IMG/VR virus record: IMGVR_UViG_3300037807_000763 | Location: 1-55,490 of that record | Source of the DNA: a virus | Lineage: Duplodnaviria; Caudoviricetes | DNA length: 55,490 nucleotides | Reading direction: 5' to 3' (one strand) | Part shown: in pieces, positions 37,080 to 46,907 of the stretch | Numbering within the stretch: the stretch's first letter is position 1 | Layout of the letters: each line of letters starts with the position of its first letter | Notes under the pieces: model-generated | Told to the model about the DNA's origin: nothing | What the model saw: only the letters and a program-made list of their open reading frames with translations | Databases searched by the model: none | Translations under genes and position numbers: made by a program

Positions 37080-38075
37080 TTAGTAATATTTTGTCAAATC
37101 TATATTTTGATTTTCTGCTTCTTGCAAGTAAATTAGTGGATTGTAGTTTGAATCTCTTTCGCTTGTAATACTTTCGTAAGATCTTCTTAGTCCATCTAGC
37201 AAGCTAATGCTTGGTTGCCAATCTGTATAACTTGTGAATTTTTTCCTGGATAATCTGTGATTTCCAAGGTAATCTGTTTTTGGATGCCACTTTATGAGAG
37301 GGTTTAGATCTTTTCCTGCAATATCTGACATACTTGTAATGATTTCTTGTGTTATGATAGGAGTTTCAGCTGCTATATTAAAATCATCTTGGAAAAGATC
37401 TTTAAAAATCGCTAATGCAACTGCATCACAAAAATCTTCTACATGTAAATAATCTTTGATTTTGTTTGGATCTAAAAACATGTTTATTTTTTCATTCTCT
37501 TTACTAGCATAAAATGTCTTTGCAATTAATGAATTCATATCACCTACACCACCGTATGCAAAAAGTGGGCGTATGATCATCCACTTATTAGCAAATGATT
37601 TGACCATTTCTTCTGCTGTTACTTTTAAATGACCGTAGTAAGTATGAGGTCCCCTTACTGAATCTTCCTTTATGTGTAGTTCTTGATATAACTTTGCATC
37701 ATATATCACTGTAGTTCCTAAATAGACTACGGGTATGTTACATTTATTTGCTGCTCTAATAATGTTATACGTTCCGGTCACATTTGTGAGTGTTGCTTCA
37801 GATGGCTTAAGTGCAACAACGTCTGTCCCAACTACAGCAGCATTATGAATTACAATATCAATTTTTTGGGAATCAAAAATTTTCTCCCACAAATTTTCAT
37901 TATTCAAATGCACACAAATTTCATTTGTGTCTGTATATTTAGTACCTATTTCTTCAAATAACTCCTTTTTTGTATCGTCAAGATTTGGGTTGAATGATGA
38001 AATGTTGTACTTTGACAAAGATCTTGGTAAGTTTGTTCCTATGAATCCCTTTTCACCTGTAATTAAAGCCCTCAT
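37080..38075 (-). CDS. NAD-dependent nucleotide-sugar epimerase/dehydratase
   Basis: ITGEKGFIG, HNAA, YGHLK, KDYLHVED. Confidence 0.85.
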   Translation of the reverse strand: MRALITGEKGFIGTNLPRSLSKYNISSFNPNLDDTKKELFEEIGTKYTDTNEICVHLNNENLWEKIFDSQKIDIVIHNAAVVGTDVVALKPSEATLTNVTGTYNIIRAANKCNIPVVYLGTTVIYDAKLYQELHIKEDSVRGPHTYYGHLKVTAEEMVKSFANKWMIIRPLFAYGGVGDMNSLIAKTFYASKENEKINMFLDPNKIKDYLHVEDFCDAVALAIFKDLFQDDFNIAAETPIITQEIITSMSDIAGKDLNPLIKWHPKTDYLGNHRLSRKKFTSYTDWQPSISLLDGLRRSYESITSERDSNYNPLIYLQEAENQNIDLTKYY

Positions 38076-39032
38076 CTATGCTCCCAAGAAATCATACTTT
38101 TTGTAAGCAGCCTTCTTTAGTACAAGAAGTTCTTCATCTATTTTGCTGATAATTTCCAAGAATGTATTTCTTCCTGTATCTGTCCCATTGAGCTCATCAC
38201 GTCTTGCCTGATAAAGAAAATCATCTTCATTGTAGTCAAAAGAATCTGAATCATTATCAGGAAAATATAAATTTGTTCCTGTGCCAGTTCTAGCTGTTGA
38301 AATATAGTATCTTGCTGGTGAGTGGATGTCAACTGCATCAATAATCATTGGATATTTTTTGACTAGCTCTAACCACATATAGTATGCAACAACATTATCT
38401 TCTGTTGGTTGTATTTGTTTATCAAGTCTTGTCTTAATGAATGACATTACATCTCTAATATTTCCTCTTGACCAGTAAAATGTACTAAGACACTTAGGAA
38501 GGATATGTCTAGCATCCATTATAGAAATTTCTTTTGTGTCAACCATGTCAGCATAAAGTTGCTTTGATTCATTCACAATCTTCTTATATCTTTCAAACAT
38601 TTCTGGTGAATTAATAATTGCATGCGGAACGACAGCATTATCATCTCTTTGAGATCTATCACCTGTACATTGAGCTGAAAAACTGAAGGCTCGATGTCTA
38701 ATTAAGTGAGTTACAAATTGTGTGTCTATTCCATCAATAGTAAATGTACAATTAATAGTTTCAAATGCTGTTGGTAGTAGTTTGCCTTGGAATAACATCC
38801 AGATCATTTTATCTTTTTCATAATCACTCAAGTCTTGTGAATGAAATGGTTTACTTGCCCATGTTGCTGTACAAAAATCTGGAATGTAACTTCTTAATTC
38901 TTCTATTGAAGGAGAGTTTACTAAATTAACTTTGATTGCGTCTAAATGATCAGTGAATGATGTGCTAATCGAATCATTAATCCCTAGTGTTGTTGGTAAT
39001 TTAACTGGTTCTAGATTATTATTGAGTGGCAT
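38076..39032 (-). CDS. Divergent ThyX-fold flavoprotein
   Basis: THLIRHRAFSFSAQCTGDR and DARHILP. The canonical SxRY is missing. Confidence 0.75.
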   Translation of the reverse strand: MPLNNNLEPVKLPTTLGINDSISTSFTDHLDAIKVNLVNSPSIEELRSYIPDFCTATWASKPFHSQDLSDYEKDKMIWMLFQGKLLPTAFETINCTFTIDGIDTQFVTHLIRHRAFSFSAQCTGDRSQRDDNAVVPHAIINSPEMFERYKKIVNESKQLYADMVDTKEISIMDARHILPKCLSTFYWSRGNIRDVMSFIKTRLDKQIQPTEDNVVAYYMWLELVKKYPMIIDAVDIHSPARYYISTARTGTGTNLYFPDNDSDSFDYNEDDFLYQARRDELNGTDTGRNTFLEIISKIDEELLVLKKAAYKKYDFLGA

Positions 39033-39038
39033 ACTACT

Positions 39039-39560
39039 TTATCTCCGATATTTTTTAAGTTTCTTTTCTAATTGTTTTACTCTTTTTCCTGCATCTTTTA
39101 CAACATCTTTCATATAGCCTTTGTTTCCTAATAGTACTTCAGCTTTAGCATACTGAACACAACTGAGATTATCAGCAAATTTTACGATCAATGCTTCAAC
39201 TGAATCTTGGGCTTCAAATGATTCAAATAGTGAGACCCACTGTGGGTATTTCTCCTTCATTACAATTAGTTCTGCCTCTGTAATTGCGTTTTTAATGTTT
39301 GGAAAGTTTTTCTTTACATCATGTGTAACATCAGACAAGTGTAATTCTGGAACATCGTGAATTAATGCCATTGGTAATGCAGTCTCTAAGCTAAAGTTAT
39401 ATTCATCATACATTTTTAAAACAAGGATTGCAACAAAAAATGAATGTTCTGCAACACTTTCTGATATGATTTTGAATTTGTTATTGTAACGTGTGAGGGC
39501 TTTAAGTGTATAGATACTATCAGTAAAGTCACTCAACGTGACCGATGTACTCTTTTTCAT
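39039..39560 (-). CDS. HD-domain phosphohydrolase (YfbR-like 5'-deoxynucleotidase family)
   Basis: R...ESVAEHS, HDVPE, SD, KFAD. Confidence 0.9.
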   Translation of the reverse strand: MKKSTSVTLSDFTDSIYTLKALTRYNNKFKIISESVAEHSFFVAILVLKMYDEYNFSLETALPMALIHDVPELHLSDVTHDVKKNFPNIKNAITEAELIVMKEKYPQWVSLFESFEAQDSVEALIVKFADNLSCVQYAKAEVLLGNKGYMKDVVKDAGKRVKQLEKKLKKYRR

Positions 39561-39963
39561 AGTCTTTATTTTCCATTATTTGTTTTACATGTTCTTTTAA
39601 TTCTTCAACACTAGTTGCCACAGCACGACCACTACGACTGAGCATGATGTTAAAGTTTCCTGTCAGGCCTTCACAATAATAAATGATGGGTGTATTAACT
39701 GCAAATGAATAGCCAGCTTCAAATATTGTTCCCAAATCTTTATCTCTAGTATTACATACAACAAATTTTGCGTGTTCTATTGCTTTGACATTCCCACGAA
39801 AAACCTCTTCTTGTTCTTGACTTGTTGCATTTCTCTTAACAACAATTTCATCTTTGGGAGAAAAGTAATTAACATCTAATTCATCAAGAACATCTTTAAT
39901 ATTTTCTAGATCTTGGGCTTGATTTGGATTGAACCATCCACTTGCGATATAACAATCGTACAT
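39529..39963 (-). CDS. Nucleoside 2-deoxyribosyltransferase family (nucleotide N-glycosidase)
   Basis: YIASGWF, FSP, DLGTIFEAGY, NIML. Confidence 0.88.
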   Translation of the reverse strand: MYDCYIASGWFNPNQAQDLENIKDVLDELDVNYFSPKDEIVVKRNATSQEQEEVFRGNVKAIEHAKFVVCNTRDKDLGTIFEAGYSFAVNTPIIYYCEGLTGNFNIMLSRSGRAVATSVEELKEHVKQIMENKDYEKEYIGHVE

Positions 39964-40126
39964 TTTTACAACTCCTTTATTTTGTAACCATTTAATAATA
40001 TATATAGTATTGATCAGTCAAAAATTGATTTATATCATAACCACTTATTTTAGGTAGTTGATATGATATATGAATATCCATTTTTGAATAACCAGCTGCC
40101 TGTCCGCTTGTCTTACTGTTCAAAAT

Positions 40127-42139
40127 TTAATTTGAATATTCTTGGTCATCATTGTCACCTGTAATAGGAACTAACTCGCAAACATCATTGTTACAAAATT
40201 TTTCAACGTCTGCTTCTTCATTTTTGATAGTACCAAGTGTTAATTTCTTTAATCTCTTTAACATCTTATTATACAGTTTCTCATCAATTGATTCGTAAGG
40301 CATTTGTTTATATGCACCAAGTTCATGTCTAGGGAGAAGTGAAATACCCTTAAGGTGGTATTGATAGTAATTTAATGCGTGGGGAATTTGTTCTGTCTCT
40401 GTTTTGGGATCAAAAGTTACAGTACAACTTACCTGATTGTCAGCCCAATGTCTTTGCATGAAAGCTGCTAAATTAAATTGCTCCCATATAGTTAGTTCTT
40501 TTACAGTTCGTATTCCTTCACCGACATCTACAGGTACTTCAACAACAACTGTATTATCTTCACTGCCAAATGCTGGTTCGATATGATAGTTTGCTTTCTT
40601 TAAGGGCTCAATTAGTTCAGAGTACTTAGATAATCTCATTCTCCTAATATAAAATCTGCTTTCTGGGTAATGGATTCCAGGTGTTGCTCCTACTAATAAG
40701 CTTACAGTTCCACTTGGTTTCACGGAGCTCAACTTTATACTGCGAGGTACTGCAAACCAATCTGAATACATTTTGTCCCATTTTGTGAGTTCATCATAAC
40801 CCTCTTCACACCACTCTCTTAAAGTGTTTAGACCTTTGCTAGTAATGAATTGTGCTATACCACTCATAGATGTGCCAATTCTTCGATTACGCAACATTAC
40901 TCTATTTGTTTCTGGCCAGTGTGTTTTTCCTAATGTAACTGTTTTTGCATAAAGATATGCATACTTTAATGTCTTCTTGTAATCTTCTAAGTCTGCATGA
41001 TTATGTGGAAATGTTTCAACAAGACAACATAGCTCGTAGCTTTCAAGTGACTGCTCAAGGCATGGGTTACCACCTGCTACTCTATGATCTTTATTATCTT
41101 TGCCATTTTTCATTCGTGAGTAACCACGCATGTTTTCTAACCAAGCAAATCCTGGCTCACCATTATCTGCAATTCTTTTTGATGCCTCAGTATAGTCCAT
41201 ACCAAGCTCAGCAAATATAGAATTATTAGATGTCCAGCCATATTCTTCCCTATGTGGATTTTTCTTGTAGTTCTTTAGGTCTAGATATTCTTCTGATTTT
41301 GGATCTCCGAACACAATTTCCGCAGTTCTTCTCACATTTCCAGCCACTACGCACTTACCTATCAAATTCATAATATCAACAATGGTAGTTACTGTAATGG
41401 GTGCGTCTGTATTACTTTCTAGTATTTTTGTTACTCCAGCATGCACTTCTTTGAGAGGTTCATGACCGCTTGATAAGCCACCAAAACCTTTAATAGGCTC
41501 TCCTGGACCTCTGATTAAATCATAATCAAATGTTATTGAAGCTGTGCCATGGAAATATGAGTCGATTAGCATACCCACAGACTCTACCCATCCTTCACGT
41601 GTGTCTGGTATTTTATAGACTAAGTTGTTTTTATCTTTTTTAGCACCCTTTACTATGATTTCACCCGCACCCTTAGTATCAAATCCAACGCCTACACCAA
41701 CCATCGAGGCATCCATCAGGAATGTAAAAGGTTTTGATGAATCTTCTTTAATTGTTTTAGTAGAAACAAATGCGCAATTATTAAGTGCAGCATATAATCC
41801 ACGTTCTTCAGTGATTGCAGTGCCCATAGCCCATAAGCCCCTACCAGGAGGAAGAAATTTCATATTAAATATTCTATCATACATTTCTTGCGCTGATCGT
41901 TGGGCTTGCCATGCATTCCATCCAAGTTGATAAGAATCAATATGTTTTTTCTGCATTGTGTAAGTGCCCTCTACAACCCGCTTTACTGTTTCCCACCATC
42001 TCTCATTTTTACCATCTGGCTTAACACGAGAATATGTTCTCATATACACTAGCTCACCAAGACCGTTAAATCCCCATGGTGGCTTTTTTCGTTTGTATTT
42101 ATTTATAAATGCGTCTGATAGTGTAAAAGTTTGCTGCAT
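40127..42139 (-). CDS. nrdJ: Class II (AdoCbl-dependent) monomeric ribonucleotide reductase
   Basis: PPGRGLW, NNC, GNVRR, NPCLEQ, KPSGT and a C-terminal Cys pair. Confidence 0.93.
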   Translation of the reverse strand: MQQTFTLSDAFINKYKRKKPPWGFNGLGELVYMRTYSRVKPDGKNERWWETVKRVVEGTYTMQKKHIDSYQLGWNAWQAQRSAQEMYDRIFNMKFLPPGRGLWAMGTAITEERGLYAALNNCAFVSTKTIKEDSSKPFTFLMDASMVGVGVGFDTKGAGEIIVKGAKKDKNNLVYKIPDTREGWVESVGMLIDSYFHGTASITFDYDLIRGPGEPIKGFGGLSSGHEPLKEVHAGVTKILESNTDAPITVTTIVDIMNLIGKCVVAGNVRRTAEIVFGDPKSEEYLDLKNYKKNPHREEYGWTSNNSIFAELGMDYTEASKRIADNGEPGFAWLENMRGYSRMKNGKDNKDHRVAGGNPCLEQSLESYELCCLVETFPHNHADLEDYKKTLKYAYLYAKTVTLGKTHWPETNRVMLRNRRIGTSMSGIAQFITSKGLNTLREWCEEGYDELTKWDKMYSDWFAVPRSIKLSSVKPSGTVSLLVGATPGIHYPESRFYIRRMRLSKYSELIEPLKKANYHIEPAFGSEDNTVVVEVPVDVGEGIRTVKELTIWEQFNLAAFMQRHWADNQVSCTVTFDPKTETEQIPHALNYYQYHLKGISLLPRHELGAYKQMPYESIDEKLYNKMLKRLKKLTLGTIKNEEADVEKFCNNDVCELVPITGDNDDQEYSN

Positions 42140-42199
42140 AAAATGTCCTTTTATTATTTACTAAATTGAGTATGTCGTAATACTAAATAGTAAGACATA

Positions 42200-43570
42200 C
42201 TAATTTGTTGGTTTAAAGTCATCATACTTTTTAGCTAATAATTTTCTAGTATACTCGTTTCCGTTATCTTGTTTCTTTTGCTCTACAATCCCATTTGATG
42301 AAGATGAATCAAAAATATCAAGTTTGCCAATTGATGTATTCATCATAGTAGGGAATGTCATTCCATCAGGACCAAATCTGTTTTTAATAACATGTACACG
42401 TCCTGTATTTGCGATCTTGTCCTCAATCTTTCTTGATAGAGACATTACAAAATCAGCAGTCATGATTTTTGAATACGATTCTGCAATTTTTTCTGCACCG
42501 ATTATGTCATCTTCCAAACTTGATCTGTTGGACTGGCTGGCCGTCCAAATAGGTATCTGGAATTCTCCGCTTAGTCCCCTTAAGTCTTCATAGATATTAC
42601 CCAATGCATGTCTAACTGCTATGTCTTGCTTACCTACATCTCTTAAAAGATCTGCATAGTCAACTAGAATAAGATCAGGCTCATGCCCTAATAACTCCAC
42701 TGTTTTTAAATGTGTGTGTATTGTTTGAACAGTTGCGCCCCTTGTTGGAAAGTACTTAATGAGTAAATTACCATTGCATTCTTTTTCAATAATAGCTTTA
42801 ATAGCATCTTTATTATCTTTGATATTTGCAACTGGTACTTCTGAAAATATAGTTGCATATCTTAAACCCACGTAAGCTTCATTGAGCTCTAGTGTGTAAT
42901 GTATAACATTTTTTCCTTGCTTAAGTGCATTAACACCTAATGCTTGGAGGAACCAACTCTTTCCGATACCAGAAGGTGCAACAACAACACCCATCTCACC
43001 ACCTGCTAGACCACCGTCCATGATAGTATCAATTGGTTCCCATGTTGTTGCAATAGTCTCTCTATTAATGTTTTCTAAAATAGAGTCAAATTCTTTTATG
43101 TATTCTAAGCCAATATCTCTATGTGTTCCAGCACGCATAGCATCATCAACGATCCTTTTTATCTCATCGTACTCTCCCATCTGTAGTAGATCTACAGATT
43201 TAATAATTGCTGCTTTTAGTTGTTGGTTTTTAGCAAAGGTTAGTGTCTCATTCTTAACAAATTCTAAATCAGGTGCTTCAATGTTTTTAGTAACTTCTCT
43301 TAATTCATCAATGATAGAGTCTCTTAGTAACTGTGTTGAAACTTCGTTTACTTTGATTTTTAAAGCAGCTAATGTAGGCGTAACTTTGTATTCATAATAG
43401 TATGCTTTAATCTGCCTCACAAGCCATTGTTTGGCTTCAGTATCTAGCAGTTCTGGTTGAACTAGATCATATATTGTTACTGCAAATTGTTGATCTGTTA
43501 GTAGGCATGTTATTATTTTTGTTTGAAATACCGACCCATATTTTGTTAATGTATCATTTATTGGAGTCAT
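42200..43570 (-). CDS. Replicative helicase, DnaB/T4 gp41-like
   Basis: APSGIGKS, TLE, VDYADL, TASQSNR, KNRFG. Confidence 0.93.
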   Translation of the reverse strand: MTPINDTLTKYGSVFQTKIITCLLTDQQFAVTIYDLVQPELLDTEAKQWLVRQIKAYYYEYKVTPTLAALKIKVNEVSTQLLRDSIIDELREVTKNIEAPDLEFVKNETLTFAKNQQLKAAIIKSVDLLQMGEYDEIKRIVDDAMRAGTHRDIGLEYIKEFDSILENINRETIATTWEPIDTIMDGGLAGGEMGVVVAPSGIGKSWFLQALGVNALKQGKNVIHYTLELNEAYVGLRYATIFSEVPVANIKDNKDAIKAIIEKECNGNLLIKYFPTRGATVQTIHTHLKTVELLGHEPDLILVDYADLLRDVGKQDIAVRHALGNIYEDLRGLSGEFQIPIWTASQSNRSSLEDDIIGAEKIAESYSKIMTADFVMSLSRKIEDKIANTGRVHVIKNRFGPDGMTFPTMMNTSIGKLDIFDSSSSNGIVEQKKQDNGNEYTRKLLAKKYDDFKPTN

Positions 43571-44573
43571 TTTCTAATATCAATTCCAGTTTATTAAAAC
43601 TTGATTGTAACCAAACATCAGGATTTCTTATTGCTTGATTGATTGTATCCTCTAGAAACATTGAATGTAACTTATATTTTACTAAACGATTTGTGCTATT
43701 ACTAACAATATCCTGGATTAGTAGTTTTGTGCTTCCAGGAATATCAACGTCTTTAAGTTGCATTAATTTATAGTTTCTCTCTAGTAGTTCTTTATGTTCT
43801 GTGAGTTGTGTAACGTTCATGAACTCATCAAAGTCACTTACTGGATTATTGCTTAGAAATGGGAACTTCTTTCTTATAGTTTTCAATCCCATACCCTTGA
43901 TACCATTAATGTTGTCAGATTTATCTCCATCTATTATTCTATAGTAGACAAAATTCTCTGTTAAGATTTCGAAATCTTCTTCTAGTCTTTCCTTTGTGAG
44001 CATTACTTTTTTTGTAGGAGACCAAACTTGGACTCTATCACTTGCCATCTGATAGAAATCTTTATCAGTACTCATAATTGTAACTTTAGATTTGTTTAGT
44101 ACTTGATTAGTTATGTATGCAATTGTATCATCTGCTTCAATATTTTCTATAGAAAGTACTGTTACTGGTAGATACTTTAAGTATGTAACTAATCTTTCAA
44201 GCTGGTGTCTCATATTCTCTGATTCATTTTCATCAGATAGACCTTCTATTCTGTTGGGCCTTTTAATTGGTTTACGTTGACCCTTATAATCAGGGAATAT
44301 TTTTCTTCTTTTAACAGAGCCACCCTTTCCATCAAACGTGATTATACACCTTGTAGGTTGAACTGTTCTTATTGCTAAAGCAATTGTTTGTAAGAATCCG
44401 ACGATTCCCCCAATGTGTTGTCCATCTGCATTAGTTGCAGGTGATGCTGCCCATGCTCTAATAAAATTATTTAATCCATCAATTATTAGAACATTGTCAT
44501 TGAGATTGTTCTTATCATACACACCTTTTTTTAGTTGTGATAAGATTTCCTGATAACGTTTACGCATCTTCAT
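43554..44573 (-). CDS. 5'-3' exonuclease / T4 RNase H-like flap nuclease
   Basis: IIDG, FDG, YKGQR, EADD, STDKDF, GDKSDNI.G. Confidence 0.92.
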   Translation of the reverse strand: MKMRKRYQEILSQLKKGVYDKNNLNDNVLIIDGLNNFIRAWAASPATNADGQHIGGIVGFLQTIALAIRTVQPTRCIITFDGKGGSVKRRKIFPDYKGQRKPIKRPNRIEGLSDENESENMRHQLERLVTYLKYLPVTVLSIENIEADDTIAYITNQVLNKSKVTIMSTDKDFYQMASDRVQVWSPTKKVMLTKERLEEDFEILTENFVYYRIIDGDKSDNINGIKGMGLKTIRKKFPFLSNNPVSDFDEFMNVTQLTEHKELLERNYKLMQLKDVDIPGSTKLLIQDIVSNSTNRLVKYKLHSMFLEDTINQAIRNPDVWLQSSFNKLELILENDSNK

Positions 44574-45663
44574 TCATGATTTCATCTGTGAATTCTACAT
44601 CGTCAATTCCTCGTCTATCTTCATAAGCCAATATTGTTTCATCACAAATCTTTTTATATAGATAGTCCTTTAAACCATCTCGGTCTTCAAGTAATGCCTT
44701 AAAGTCCTTAGAAAGAAACTTAATCTCTTCACCATTGAAATTAATTGTATACCATGCGCCTTTAATCGTAGCAACTTTAATATCTTTCAATGTTTGAAGC
44801 CAACTGCCTGCATCATCAAGACCTCTGTCAAAATACATATCAAAATCTGATACTCTCATTGGTGGCCCAAGTCTGTTTTTAATAATTTGTGCTCTACACT
44901 TTACACCAATTACGTTTGTATCTTTGTCTTTAATCATTCCCATATTTTTTAATCGAATACGGGTTGATGAATGAAAGGGTAAAGCTAATCCTCCACTAGT
45001 AGTATACTGGTCACCGAACATGACACCAAGCTTTTGTCTTAATTGTTGGGTAAATACTAATGTTATCTTATGTCTACCAATCATTTGAGTAAGCTTTCTC
45101 ATTGCTTTTGATATGATTATTGCCTTCCCAGTTGACCAACCATCTTTGTCATAGTCTGATGACATTTCTAATTTTGTGGATGCTGCAGCTAAACTATCAA
45201 TGAGTATTGTAACGTATTTATCCTTATCTGTTTCCCTAACCTTAATAACTATGTCTTCAATAGCTTGAAATATATCTTCCACAGTTTCTAAATGCAAATA
45301 AAGAATATTACTTACATCTGCACCAATTGCTTGCAAAAACTCTCTGCTTACTGATGTTTCTGTATCAATGTATACCGCAATTCCACCTTTTTTCTGTGTC
45401 TCTGAAAGTATGTGGGCACCAAGTAATGACTTACCCGTTGAGGATAATCCATTAATCTCTGTTATTCTTCCCACAGCAATTCCACCATTGGGACGATTCG
45501 ATATCGACAGATCTAAAAGGGCAGATCCTGTCGATATAAAATCGTCAATGTCAGTAGGTGTATGATCAGTTCCATCTAAAAAGAATGCTACTTTTTGCCC
45601 TTTTATTTTAGAATTTAGACTTTCAGCTAAATCGTTAGCTAAGACATCGCGTCTATCGCTCAT
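44560..45663 (-). CDS. recA: RecA/UvsX recombinase
   Basis: GLSSTGKS, YIDTE, IDSLAA, QLR, TTSGG, KNRLGPP. Confidence 0.93.
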   Translation of the reverse strand: MSDRRDVLANDLAESLNSKIKGQKVAFFLDGTDHTPTDIDDFISTGSALLDLSISNRPNGGIAVGRITEINGLSSTGKSLLGAHILSETQKKGGIAVYIDTETSVSREFLQAIGADVSNILYLHLETVEDIFQAIEDIVIKVRETDKDKYVTILIDSLAAASTKLEMSSDYDKDGWSTGKAIIISKAMRKLTQMIGRHKITLVFTQQLRQKLGVMFGDQYTTSGGLALPFHSSTRIRLKNMGMIKDKDTNVIGVKCRAQIIKNRLGPPMRVSDFDMYFDRGLDDAGSWLQTLKDIKVATIKGAWYTINFNGEEIKFLSKDFKALLEDRDGLKDYLYKKICDETILAYEDRRGIDDVEFTDEIMNEDA

Positions 45664-45683
45664 AAAACCTCCTGTTGTGTTAT

Positions 45684-46436
45684 TTAGTTATTGAATAGAT
45701 CGTCAAAGGCTTTTGAAACATCTTCTGTCTCAGTAGCTTTAACTACATTCTTGGTTGGATCTGTTGTTTGCTCATCCTTTACTTCATTGTCTTGTGATAA
45801 CCAAGTTTCAAGTGCACCTTGCAAATCCTCATAACTCATTTCCTGATAAATATCAGTAATTTTCTTTTGAGTATCTTTCACAACTTTCATCACGTCAGGA
45901 TTCTCCGTCAATGCTGTCTGGTTTGGCTTGACACGAATAGTTGTACTTGGAAATGCTCTTCCTGTTTCTTCACTTGTTTTGAATTCAACAACAATATCAC
46001 GTCCTTTTACTGGATCAGTAATGTCACCATAGTCAGGATCTGAAATAACTGAAAGTAGCTCTTGATAAACCATTTTACCAAATCCCCAGAACTTAACACC
46101 TTCATGTTCTTCACCTCGTACAATAACAGGGGCGTATGTGCGCATTTTGGCTTCGATCTTTCTTCCTAACTTATAGTCTTCTTTGTTCCCTGAAGTCTTT
46201 AGCTTAACTGCAAATTCTTCAATTGGGTCAGGACGACCAAATGATACTGGTGATAGATAATGCTTATCTCCCATATCATAATGAAAGTACAATTCAATAA
46301 ATGGGTTATCCTTATTGAATTTGTAAGGGACAATTCTAACTTGAGTGTTGCCTGGTCCTGGTTTCCAAAGTGATGATGTTCTATTGTTTGTTTGTTGTAA
46401 CTGATTGAGTTTGTTTTTTATGACACTAATGTCCAT
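45684..46436 (-). CDS. Single-stranded DNA-binding protein (gp32-like)
   Basis: WKP...VRIVP, DYGDITDP..GRD and an acidic tail ending FDDLF. Sits next to recA. Confidence 0.8.
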   Translation of the reverse strand: MDISVIKNKLNQLQQTNNRTSSLWKPGPGNTQVRIVPYKFNKDNPFIELYFHYDMGDKHYLSPVSFGRPDPIEEFAVKLKTSGNKEDYKLGRKIEAKMRTYAPVIVRGEEHEGVKFWGFGKMVYQELLSVISDPDYGDITDPVKGRDIVVEFKTSEETGRAFPSTTIRVKPNQTALTENPDVMKVVKDTQKKITDIYQEMSYEDLQGALETWLSQDNEVKDEQTTDPTKNVVKATETEDVSKAFDDLFNN

Positions 46437-46448
46437 AACTATTTCTCC

Positions 46449-46474
46449 ATTTGTTATTTGTTATTTGTTATTTG
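46449..46474. repeat. Tandem 7-mer (ATTTGTT) x3.7 in the SSB gene leader
   Basis: atttgtt atttgtt atttgtt atttg, directly 5' of the GGAG SD on the minus strand. Confidence 0.8.
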
Positions 46475-46627
46475 CTTCATAAATATATATATAAGTAAAA
46501 CTTGAAAATGTTCTTTTTTTTGCTTAAAAACCCCAGTATTTTATCTTATACCAGGGTTTAGGGAGGGGTAAACTTAGTTTTTAATTTGTTATACTAGTCC
46601 AAGGGTTTGCTAGTTACATTTGCCCGA

Positions 46628-46870
46628 TTAGTTAATTTGTTTAAATAGCTTTTTAAGTTCACCAAAAAAAGCTTGATATGCTGCTACTGTTTTTCCGAAT
46701 TGTCTATTAACTACTTTGGATTCTGATGTAGATACGGCATGTGCTAATCTAGAAAATTTTCTTCCCATAGTAGCAAATTCGTCCATTAAATCTTTTATGT
46801 CTCGTTTTGTATTATCATCCACTAGAAGTTCTTCTTAATCCAGCTTTCTTGTATTTTTTCTAAATTTCAT
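46628..46870 (-). pseudogene. Small helical protein gene with an in-frame TAA in its leader (or an intact 64-aa GTG-start gene)
   Basis: ATG 46870 gives MKFRKNTRKLD*EELLVDDNTK..., in frame with track ORF 46628..46822. Confidence 0.4.
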
Positions 46871-46907
46871 AATTTTTTCCTTAAGTTAATCTAATCTTAA
46901 ATAAATA

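Noticed and set aside
32093-39560. dZ (2-aminoadenine) pathway, suggested by the HD (DatZ-like) and MazG-like genes
   Set aside because: There is no PurZ/PurA homolog in the window, and the neighbouring enzymes are pyrimidine-directed. It cannot be excluded for the rest of the genome.
42140-42199. Cobalamin riboswitch upstream of nrdJ
   Set aside because: The gap is only ~60 bp and has no B12-box-like sequence.
33374-45663. Inteins or introns in dnaE, nrdJ, the helicase or recA
   Set aside because: Lengths are normal and no splicing or homing-endonuclease motifs are seen. The charged insert in the DnaE PHP domain is short and not intein-like.
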